DNA of 32,000 nt, taken from assembly GCA_017624735.1 (NCBI GenBank), contig JAGAMK010000003.1:28802-60801 (forward strand). The letters are read 5' to 3'. Positions 9,393 through 17,116 of the stretch are shown here, piece by piece (position 1 is the first letter of the stretch; each line of letters opens with the position of its first letter). The DNA comes from Clostridia bacterium. GTDB lineage: Bacteria > Bacillota > Clostridia > Oscillospirales > Acutalibacteraceae. The notes beneath the pieces were generated by a model. The model made no database searches, had not been told where the DNA came from, and saw only the letters and a program-made list of their open reading frames with translations. A program made the translations under genes and the position numbers.

Positions 9393-9573
9393 ACAAATTG
9401 GAGTTTGTCGGGATGATTTACACAACACCAATACGATAGAAATGTAGGGGACGATGCCCACATCGTCCCGTTGTGGTTTATTTGTATACTTTGGTGCGGG
9501 ACGATGTGGGCATCGTCCCCTACAAATTGTGTTGAAATTAATAATTAAAAGTGCCCGACAAATTCAAATTTGT
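9393..9573. repeat. composite palindromic intergenic element, copy B (terminal inverted repeats ACAAATTGGAGTTTGTCGGG / CCCGACAAATTCAAATTTGT)
   Basis: The 20-nt termini are reverse complements at 18/20 positions. The interior carries two inverted copies of the self-palindromic unit GGGACGATG-NNNN-CATCGTCCCCTAC (9444-9469 and 9498-9523). Confidence 0.75.
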
Positions 9574-9747
9574 ATTATAAAATGACAACGGCGGGGTCAA
9601 GACCCCGCCCTACCGTAGTTTATTTGATTTTTGTGGAAAAAGAATCAATACCTGAAATTGAATTATTTTTTCGCAAGACAATGTGTCCGAGGCGAAGCCG
9701 TATCAGGTATACTGCGAGCCGACAGACACGCAGTATTGCGGAAAAAA

Positions 9748-11658
9748 TCAATTTTCTGAGAAATTACCTGTATATAGCTGATAGTATTTTCCCCTTTGCT
9801 CAATAAGGTCGTCATGGTCACCACGTTCGATAATTCTACCGTGTTCAAGAACCATAATCGCCTTTGCGTTGCGGACGGTTGAAAGTCTGTGAGCAATAAC
9901 GAAAACTGTTCTGCCCTCCATAAGTGCATCCATACCCTGCTCAATATGCTTTTCTGTTCTTGTGTCAATTGAGCTTGTTGCCTCGTCAAGAATGAGCACG
10001 GGTGGGTCTGCAACTGCTGCACGAGCGATGGAGATAAGCTGACGTTGACCCTGCGAAAGGTTCGAACCGTCACCTGTAAGCATTGTGTTGTATCCATCGG
10101 GGAGATTTGAAATGAATGAGTGAGCATTTGCGATTTTTGCTGCCTCAACAATCTGTTCATGGGTAGCACCGAGATTACCATAACGGATATTGTCTTCAAT
10201 TGTACCAGTAAACAAATGAGTATCCTGCAAAACGATGCCTAATGAACGACGCAAATCGTCCTTTTTGATTTTTTGAATATTTATGCCATCATAACGAATT
10301 TTTCCTTCGTCAATCTCGTAGAAACGGTTGATAAGATTTGTGATTGTTGTTTTACCTGCACCTGTTGAGCCAACAAATGCGATTTTTTGTCCCGGCTTTG
10401 CATAGAGTGAAACATCATTAAGGACAGTTTTCTTTCCGTCGTAGCTGAATGTAACATTCTCAAACACGATGTCGCCCGCAAGACGAGTGTAAGTGATTGT
10501 ACCGTCACCGTGAGTATGCTTCCAAGCCCAGATGCCTGTTCTCTTTTCAGTTTCACGGATTTCACCATTTGCATCTATCTCTGCATTGACAAGCATAACA
10601 TAACCCTCGTCAATTTCAGGTTTCTGGTCGATAATTTCAAAAATTCTCTCTGCACCTGCAAGAGCCATAAGTGCGTTGTTAAACTGTTGTGTGATATTTG
10701 AAATTGGCTGAGTAAAGCTTCTTATGTATTGTAAGAATGCAACGATATCACCGGCTGTCATAGCTCTTTTGATTGCTAAAAGTCCACCAACAGCAGCGGT
10801 AAGGGCATAAGTGATATGTGAAAGGTTATTCATAATTGGTCCCAGCATATTTGCAAAGGAGTTTGCACTTGTTGCTGACTTGCGAAGTCTTTCATTGATT
10901 TCGCTGAAACGAGTTTCAACTTCACCTTCGTGGTTAAAGACTTTAACAACCTTTTGCCCTTCGATTATTTCTTCAATATACCCGTTAACCGTACCCAACT
11001 CTTCTTGTTGTTTCTTAAAGAAGAATGCACTCTTTTTTCCAAGCGTTTTTGTAACGTATACCATTACAATCACCATAGCGCATACTATAAGTGTCATCTG
11101 CCAACTCAAAAACATCATTATGCAGAATGAACCGATAATCATAACACCTGATGAAATAAACTGTGTTACACCTTGGCTTATGAACATACGGAGTGTTTCA
11201 ACGTCATTTGTAAAACGGCTCATAATTTCACCGTGAGGTCGTGAGTCAAAGAAACTGATTGGCAAATCTGCAATCGCATCAAAAAGGTCTTTTCTCAAGG
11301 TGTTAAGTGTGCGTTGAGTAAGCCATACGGAGCATTTTGACTGTCCATAGGATGCTAATGCACCAAAAAGGAATACACAACCCATAATGCACATCATTTT
11401 AATGAGTGGCGCTATAAGTTCACTTGTGAACTCTTTACCAATCATAGGTGTGAGATAGTCGTCAATAATGGGTTTAATAAACAATGAGCCTGAAACGGAT
11501 GCAACTGAGCTGATTGCTGCGAAAATGAGCATACCAAAGAACAAACCTTTATGCTTTAAGATATAGCTAAAAAGTCTTTTGATTGTACCCTTTGTATTTT
11601 TGGGCTTTTGTACTGGTCCTCTTGGACCTTTTCTGCCACCACCCATTGGTCCTGCCAT
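9748..11658 (-). CDS. ABC exporter, fused permease/ATPase subunit (heterodimer partner 2)
   Basis: Six-TM exporter domain followed by an NBD with Walker A GSTGAGKTT, signature LSQGQRQL, Walker B LILDEATS. The start overlaps the upstream stop by 1 nt. Confidence 0.9.
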   Translation of the reverse strand: MAGPMGGGRKGPRGPVQKPKNTKGTIKRLFSYILKHKGLFFGMLIFAAISSVASVSGSLFIKPIIDDYLTPMIGKEFTSELIAPLIKMMCIMGCVFLFGALASYGQSKCSVWLTQRTLNTLRKDLFDAIADLPISFFDSRPHGEIMSRFTNDVETLRMFISQGVTQFISSGVMIIGSFCIMMFLSWQMTLIVCAMVIVMVYVTKTLGKKSAFFFKKQQEELGTVNGYIEEIIEGQKVVKVFNHEGEVETRFSEINERLRKSATSANSFANMLGPIMNNLSHITYALTAAVGGLLAIKRAMTAGDIVAFLQYIRSFTQPISNITQQFNNALMALAGAERIFEIIDQKPEIDEGYVMLVNAEIDANGEIRETEKRTGIWAWKHTHGDGTITYTRLAGDIVFENVTFSYDGKKTVLNDVSLYAKPGQKIAFVGSTGAGKTTITNLINRFYEIDEGKIRYDGINIQKIKKDDLRRSLGIVLQDTHLFTGTIEDNIRYGNLGATHEQIVEAAKIANAHSFISNLPDGYNTMLTGDGSNLSQGQRQLISIARAAVADPPVLILDEATSSIDTRTEKHIEQGMDALMEGRTVFVIAHRLSTVRNAKAIMVLEHGRIIERGDHDDLIEQRGKYYQLYTGNFSEN

Positions 11659-13412
11659 TATAACGCACCTCCCATCACGTCAAAATCGTCACTGCCCTTT
11701 TGCTGGGAGTTATAAATATCCTGATAAATCTCGTTTCTCAAAAGCAATTCTTCGTGATTGCCTATATCGTTAATTCCACCCTCATCAAGAATGATAATCT
11801 TGTCACAATCAGAAACGGATGAAATTCTTTGTGCAATAATAATCTTTGTTGTGTCAGGAATACATTCACGAAGTCCTTTACGGATTTTTGAATCAGTAAA
11901 TGTGTCAACTGCACTTGTGGAGTCATCAAGAATAAGAATTCTAGGCTTTTTAAGAATTGCACGTGCAATACAAAGTCGTTGTTTCTGTCCGCCTGAAACA
12001 TTTACGCCACCCTGACCTAAATCAGTATTATATCCGTCGGGGAATGAGGATACAAACGAGTGTGCATCAGCAATTTTACAAGCCTCAATGAGTTCTTCGT
12101 CAGTTGCATTTTTGTCACCCCAACGAAGATTATCTGCGATTGTACCCGAGAAAAGAACATTCTTCTGAAGCACCATACTTACTGCATCACGAAGATTGAA
12201 AATCTTATAGTCTTTTACATTTACACCGCCAACAAGTAATTCACCATCGGTAACATCATAAAGACGAGGAATTAACTGCACAAGGCTTGTTTTGGCAGAA
12301 CCTGTTGCGCCGATAATACCAACCATTTCGCCACTTTCGATTTTGAAGGTAGCATTGTTGATTACATTATTCTGTGCCCCTGCATATTTAAAGGAAACAT
12401 TCTTAAATTCGATTGAGCCGTCTTTAACCTCTGTAACTGTTGCATTATCATCGTTTATATCTGGATTTTCTTCCATAACCTCTAAAATACGCTTTGCGCT
12501 TGCCTGTGACATAAAGAACTGAGCAATAAGCATAACAATCATAAGGAAGTGAATTAAAATCTGCATTATATAAGTGAAGATTGCAGAGAAATCTCCAATG
12601 AGCAAGGTTTCCTGTGTAATTTCTCTTGCTGCAATATAGAGGATTGCAAGGATTGTGCCATACATAATAATCGTGAATGTCGGCATACCCATAATCATGA
12701 GCTTTTCAGCATGTAATGCAGCATTCATAAGGTCGTCGTTTGCCTTTTTGAATTTTTTCTTTTCAAAATCTGAACGGACAAAAGCCTTTACAACTCTTAT
12801 GTTGGTGAGATTTTCTTGAATTGAAGCATTGAAGGAGTCAAACATGGTGAACATCTTCTTAAATCGTTTCAATGTAATTGGTGCAAAAATTATAAGAATA
12901 ATTGCAATAAGTGGGAGTGCCACTGTAAAAGGCATAGCCACCTGACGACTTTTTGTGATTGTGATTGCCAATGCTACAACAAACATAACAGGTGCACGGA
13001 ACAACATTCTAATCATCATAACAAATGTATTCTGCACAGAGTTTACGTCAGTTGTGATTCGTGTAATCAAGGATGCCGTTGAAAAATGGTCAATGTTGGA
13101 GAAGGAAAACTTCTGGATTTTACCCATAATTTCTTCTCTTAAACTTGCACCAAATCCCATACCTGCAACCGCAGCCATTCTCGCCGCCATAGCACCACAG
13201 AAAAGGGAGCCGATTGCATACAAGAGCATTTTTAGTCCAAGACGGAGAATAACATTCATACTATCTTCTGTCATTCCACTCTGCACAAGGTTTACAATGT
13301 CCGCCATAACAAGTGGAATCAAAAGTTCTAGCACAACCTCACCAATCATTAAAACTGGCGAGAGAATTGTAGGAACAATATATTTCTTCGCATGTCTTAA
13401 AAGTTTAAACAT
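11658..13412 (-). CDS. ABC exporter, fused permease/ATPase subunit (heterodimer partner 1)
   Basis: TM domain + NBD with GATGSAKTS, VSGGQKQR, LILDDSTS. Overlaps the marR-like stop by 8 nt. Confidence 0.9.
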   Translation of the reverse strand: MFKLLRHAKKYIVPTILSPVLMIGEVVLELLIPLVMADIVNLVQSGMTEDSMNVILRLGLKMLLYAIGSLFCGAMAARMAAVAGMGFGASLREEIMGKIQKFSFSNIDHFSTASLITRITTDVNSVQNTFVMMIRMLFRAPVMFVVALAITITKSRQVAMPFTVALPLIAIILIIFAPITLKRFKKMFTMFDSFNASIQENLTNIRVVKAFVRSDFEKKKFKKANDDLMNAALHAEKLMIMGMPTFTIIMYGTILAILYIAAREITQETLLIGDFSAIFTYIMQILIHFLMIVMLIAQFFMSQASAKRILEVMEENPDINDDNATVTEVKDGSIEFKNVSFKYAGAQNNVINNATFKIESGEMVGIIGATGSAKTSLVQLIPRLYDVTDGELLVGGVNVKDYKIFNLRDAVSMVLQKNVLFSGTIADNLRWGDKNATDEELIEACKIADAHSFVSSFPDGYNTDLGQGGVNVSGGQKQRLCIARAILKKPRILILDDSTSAVDTFTDSKIRKGLRECIPDTTKIIIAQRISSVSDCDKIIILDEGGINDIGNHEELLLRNEIYQDIYNSQQKGSDDFDVMGGAL

Positions 13413-13854
13413 TGTTATCCTCCTTTCTAAAAGTTGTCAGATTATCATTCATTCGTTTAACGAAGGATGACAAAAGTTCAATCTCATCCTCCGTAAAACC
13501 TTGATAAGTTACATTGTCAACATTAAGGAAATAGTCATCAGCAAATTTCTTAATTTCCTTACCTTTTTTTGTAAGTTTTAATTTATGGCATCGTGAATCG
13601 TTTTTATTTTCAAAACGGATGATAAGACCCGATTCTTCCATCTTTTTTAGTGACTTTGCAACGGCAGGTTGACTAATATTAAAATAATCTGCAATTTCTT
13701 TCTGTGTAGCATCTTCGTTGTCACTCAGATATTTAAGTATTGGTGGCTGTCCGCAGCCTAATCCGTATTCACGGAATTTCCCATCTATTATTTCACGATG
13801 CACGATATGATATTTTTTAAATTCAGCATCTAATTTTTTTACCTTTGAAATCAA
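13405..13854 (-). CDS. MarR-family transcriptional regulator
   Basis: Winged-HTH core QKEIADYFNISQPAVAKSLKKMEESGLIIRFENKNDSRCHKLKLTKKG. The track ORF starts at TTG 13881. I prefer the in-frame TTG at 13854 because AAGGA lies 9 nt upstream, and no SD precedes 13881. Confidence 0.85.
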   Translation of the reverse strand: MISKVKKLDAEFKKYHIVHREIIDGKFREYGLGCGQPPILKYLSDNEDATQKEIADYFNISQPAVAKSLKKMEESGLIIRFENKNDSRCHKLKLTKKGKEIKKFADDYFLNVDNVTYQGFTEDEIELLSSFVKRMNDNLTTFRKEDNNV

Positions 13855-13883
13855 CTTTTCACATCCTTTTGATACAATCAAAA

Positions 13884-13952
13884 ATATATAACCAAGTTAT
13901 TTAATAACCGGTTATATATTTTATATTATATACCTTTTTTTACCTGTGTCAA
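13884..13952 (-). promoter_or_regulatory. marR-ABC operon promoter plus palindromic operator
   Basis: Minus strand TTGACA (13952-13947), 16 nt, TATAAT (13930-13925). Just downstream lies the inverted repeat ATATATAACC (13884-13893) / GGTTATATAT (13910-13919), including the perfect 12-mer ATAACCGGTTAT (13904-13915). This is the classic autoregulated MarR layout. Confidence 0.65.
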
Positions 13953-14006
13953 CACCGTAAAATCGGGTCAAATGTGAACAATTTGTAAACAATTTGCCCT
14001 TTTTTC

Positions 14007-14038
14007 AAAAACGTCCCGGAAATCCTGGGACGTTTTTG
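14007..14038. terminator. orphan bidirectional terminator-like hairpin between the marR promoter and the phage module
   Basis: AAAA-ACGTCCC-GGAAATCCT-GGGACGT-TTTT. There is no convergent gene on either side. Confidence 0.5.
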
Positions 14039-14111
14039 CCATTTGGGACTATATATGGAGGTATTTTTTTCAGAAATGTCTAAAAAATCTTTCCAAAAAT
14101 CAGGTTTTAGT

Positions 14112-14195
14112 GTCATTCTGAGGAACGTAGTGACGAAGAATCTCTGATAATTTTATTGCTTTTTAGGAGAGATTCTTCGCTTTGCTCAGAATGAC
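14112..14195. repeat. 85-nt hairpin repeat, copy E2, 32 nt upstream of the terS start
   Basis: GTCATTCTGAGGAACGTAGTGACGAAGAATCTCT...GAGAGATTCTTCGCTTTGCTCAGAATGAC, the same family and the same gene-relative orientation as 4702-4786 and 28925-29010. Confidence 0.85.
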
Positions 14196-14227
14196 CTATT
14201 ATCTGATATTTTACAAGGAGGTCCAAA

Positions 14228-14722
14228 ATGAACACAAAGAAACTTACAAAGAAAGAAACGGATTTTTGTCGTATGTATGTACGACTCCGTAATCCACGGG
14301 AGGCAGCCGTGAGAGCAGGTTTTACCACTCTGCCCGAATGTCGTGCTGTAAGCCTTTTATCCAAAAAGAATATCTGCAAAAAGATTCAGGAGCTTGAAAA
14401 AGAAGCCCTTGCAGACGAAGCGCTTATTTCTGCAGGACTTCAACGCCTTGCTTTCGGCTCCGTTTCCGATGCAGTTAAACTTATTCTTTCCGCTGACAAA
14501 AACACTTCCCCCGACATTGATAGTCTTGACCTTTTTAATGTGTCAGAAATCAAATTTACAAGCGGAAAGGGTATGGAGATTAAATTCTTTGACAGATTAA
14601 AAGCTTTGGAACGACTTTCTCTCATTTCTCAAAACGGAAATGATTTGGGTGCATTGTCATTCTACGAAGCGCTTGAAAGAAGTGCTAGTAAAACGGAGAG
14701 TGAAGATAATGTCACAAATTAA
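14228..14722 (+). CDS. terS: terminase small subunit (Terminase_2 / P27-like)
   Basis: N-terminal LTKKETDFCRMYVRLRNPREAAVRAGF HTH and C-terminal DRLKALERLS, both characteristic of this family. SD AAGGAGG. Confidence 0.85.
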   Translation: MNTKKLTKKETDFCRMYVRLRNPREAAVRAGFTTLPECRAVSLLSKKNICKKIQELEKEALADEALISAGLQRLAFGSVSDAVKLILSADKNTSPDIDSLDLFNVSEIKFTSGKGMEIKFFDRLKALERLSLISQNGNDLGALSFYEALERSASKTESEDNVTN

Positions 14723-15971
14723 CTTTCATTCCTTTTCACCTAAACAGATGACAGTGCTTAACTGGTGGTGCGAAAGCAGTAAGCATAAAACCTATGACGC
14801 AATTATCTGTGACGGTGCTGTCCGAAGCGGAAAAACTCTTTGTATGTCACTTTCGTTCATTCTTTGGTCCTTCTATCGGTTTTCAGACTGTTCCTTTGCA
14901 ATCTGTGGTAAGACAATCACATCTCTTAGGCGAAACGTAATCACTCCCCTGTTACCGTTGCTTAAAGATTTAGGTTTTACCGTAAAGGAGACAAAGTCAG
15001 CAAATGTAATAATTATCAGTAAAGGAAAAATCAGTAACAGATTTTATCTTTTCGGTGGCAGGGATGAGTCTTCGGCATCCCTTATTCAAGGTATCACCCT
15101 TTGCGGTGTGTTGCTTGATGAGGTTGCTTTGATGCCCCGTTCGTTTGTTGAACAGGCTTTGGCAAGATGCTCCGTAAACGGCTCAAAGCTTTGGTTCAAT
15201 TGCAATCCCGAAAATCCACGCCATTGGTTTTACACCGAGTGGAAAAAAAAAGCAGACTCTAAAAATTGCCTCTATCTTCATTTCTTGATGGACGACAATC
15301 CATCCCTTTCGCAAAAAATAAAAAACAGATACAAGAGTCTTTATTCAGGGGCATTTTATGAACGCTTTGTGCTTGGCAAATGGGTTGCTGTTGATGGTCT
15401 TGTGTATCCTTTTTTCAGCGAGAAAGAACACGTGACCGACACACTCCCCGAAAACTGTAATAAGTATTACATTTCCTGTGACTATGGAACAGTTAACCCT
15501 GCCTCATTCGGACTTTGGGGTGAAAAAGACGGAATATGGTATCGCCTTCGGGAATTCTATCACGATTCAAAGCAGAAAGGCTTTCAGATGACCGACAAGG
15601 AATATTACGACAAATTAGTAACCCTTGCAGACGGAAAAAGAATTGAAGCGGTGATAGTTGACCCATCTGCTGCATCCTTTATGGAATGTATTCGTAGAGA
15701 GGGCAAATTCCGTGTGATTCCTGCAAAGAACAATGTGGCAGACGGTATCCGAAAGGTTTCCGAAAAACTGAAAACCAAAAAAATTATTATCGGCAGTTCC
15801 TGTACGGACACATTGAGAGAATTCTCCCAATACCGTTGGGACTCAGGCAGTGTTAACGACACTCCAAGAAAAGAGTATGACCACGCTATGGACGATATTC
15901 GTTATTTCGTGGCTACAGCTCTTTCATCTACGGACAATTCATTCTTCGCATTATCCGTAGAGAGAAATTAA
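14709..15971 (+). CDS. terL: terminase large subunit (PBSX-like family)
   Basis: MSQINFHSFSPKQMTVLNWW..., Walker A DGAVRSGKT, Walker B-like GVLLDEV, C-terminal nuclease-type region (DHAMDDIRY). Start set at ATG 14709 (GGAGAG 8 nt upstream), overlapping terS by 14 nt. The track start at 14640 is in the wrong context. Confidence 0.9.
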   Translation: MSQINFHSFSPKQMTVLNWWCESSKHKTYDAIICDGAVRSGKTLCMSLSFILWSFYRFSDCSFAICGKTITSLRRNVITPLLPLLKDLGFTVKETKSANVIIISKGKISNRFYLFGGRDESSASLIQGITLCGVLLDEVALMPRSFVEQALARCSVNGSKLWFNCNPENPRHWFYTEWKKKADSKNCLYLHFLMDDNPSLSQKIKNRYKSLYSGAFYERFVLGKWVAVDGLVYPFFSEKEHVTDTLPENCNKYYISCDYGTVNPASFGLWGEKDGIWYRLREFYHDSKQKGFQMTDKEYYDKLVTLADGKRIEAVIVDPSAASFMECIRREGKFRVIPAKNNVADGIRKVSEKLKTKKIIIGSSCTDTLREFSQYRWDSGSVNDTPRKEYDHAMDDIRYFVATALSSTDNSFFALSVERN

Positions 15972-15985
15972 AAGGAGGTAATTAC

Positions 15986-17116
15986 TTGTCCATATTTGAC
16001 AAAGTGGGTAAAAGAAAAGTCTGCGCTACCGCACCACAGACATCTTATTCCCAACCCTTTGAGAGTTTGTGCAACTTCTTCCCTTCAAACATCAATCACC
16101 CCGACCTTTATCGCAGTCTTCGTGAGGCAATTCCCATCATTGATACAGCAATTTATAAACTTGTCCGTCTTACAGGTGGTTTTTCTGTAGTGTCAAACAA
16201 CGGTAAAAATCAGAAACAACTTGATGACTTTGTTCGTAATGTAAATGTTGGTGGTGCAGGAAAAGGGCTTCAACAGTTTATTGACACTTATTTTGAGCAA
16301 CTACTCACTTTCGGCACATCTGTTGGTGAAATTGTGACGGATTGTGATGGGATTAACTCACTTTACAATGTCCCGATTGAAAATATTTCACTTAAACGAA
16401 ACCCTAAAAACTTCAATGAAGTACTGATTTGTCGTCCCGACTCCCTTTCAGGTACACCTATTAAATATCAGGATTTGGTAATGTATTCCACACTCAATCC
16501 CGAGGCAGGCAGCATCACGGGCAACTCAATTTTGAAAGGACTTCCTTTTGTAGCATCCATCCTTTTAAAGATTTACAATTCAATGGGACAGAATTGGGAG
16601 AGAGCAGGGAATCTTCGATATGCCGTTACATATAATCCCGGCTCGGATATGCTTGACCGTGCTTATGCCAAAGAGCGAGCAACACAGATTGCAACCGAAT
16701 GGTCAAACGCTATGAATGGCAGTAGTGTCAAGGATTTTGTTGCTGTTGGAGATGTTCAGATTAAGGTTATCGGTGCTGACGGACAGATTTTAGACAGTGA
16801 AATCCCTGTTAAACAGATGCTTGAACAAATTATTGCAAAGCTCTCCATTCCACCATTTATGCTTGGTATTTCGTGGAGTACAACGGAGCGAATGTCATCA
16901 CAGCAGGCAGACGCTCTCACAACAGAATTGTCTGCATACAGACGAATTCTCACACCGGTTATTGAAAAGATTTGTTCGCTTTTTCTTCGTTTCTGTGGCA
17001 ACAGCGACGGAGTTGAGGTAGTGTGGGATGAAATTACTTTGCAAGATGCAGTTGAACAGGCTCGTGCAGACCTTTATTCTGCTCAGGCAAAGGCTATTGG
17101 AGGTGATAAGAATTGA
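15986..17116 (+). CDS. phage portal protein
   Basis: Position directly after terL; 376 aa; TTG start with AGGAGG 7 nt upstream; portal-like region IPPFMLGISWSTTERMSSQQADALTTELSAYRRIL. Confidence 0.7.
   Translation: MSIFDKVGKRKVCATAPQTSYSQPFESLCNFFPSNINHPDLYRSLREAIPIIDTAIYKLVRLTGGFSVVSNNGKNQKQLDDFVRNVNVGGAGKGLQQFIDTYFEQLLTFGTSVGEIVTDCDGINSLYNVPIENISLKRNPKNFNEVLICRPDSLSGTPIKYQDLVMYSTLNPEAGSITGNSILKGLPFVASILLKIYNSMGQNWERAGNLRYAVTYNPGSDMLDRAYAKERATQIATEWSNAMNGSSVKDFVAVGDVQIKVIGADGQILDSEIPVKQMLEQIIAKLSIPPFMLGISWSTTERMSSQQADALTTELSAYRRILTPVIEKICSLFLRFCGNSDGVEVVWDEITLQDAVEQARADLYSAQAKAIGGDKN

Noticed and set aside
9663-13470. Several 140-180-aa ORFs inside or antisense to the ABC genes (9663-10199 -, 10811-11236 +, 12955-13470 +)
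   Set aside because: They overlap well-supported ABC exporter frames that carry Walker and signature motifs. The alternative frames are low-complexity and lack SDs.
14113-14379. 88-aa minus-strand ORF overlapping the terS start
   Set aside because: It is antisense to terS and ends inside the E2 repeat (..RDSSSLRSSE). It has no SD.
14640-14708. Upstream start of the terL ORF (MIWVHCHSTKRLKEV...)
   Set aside because: It lies inside terS in another frame with no SD. ATG 14709 has GGAGAG 8 nt upstream and gives a normal terminase N-terminus.
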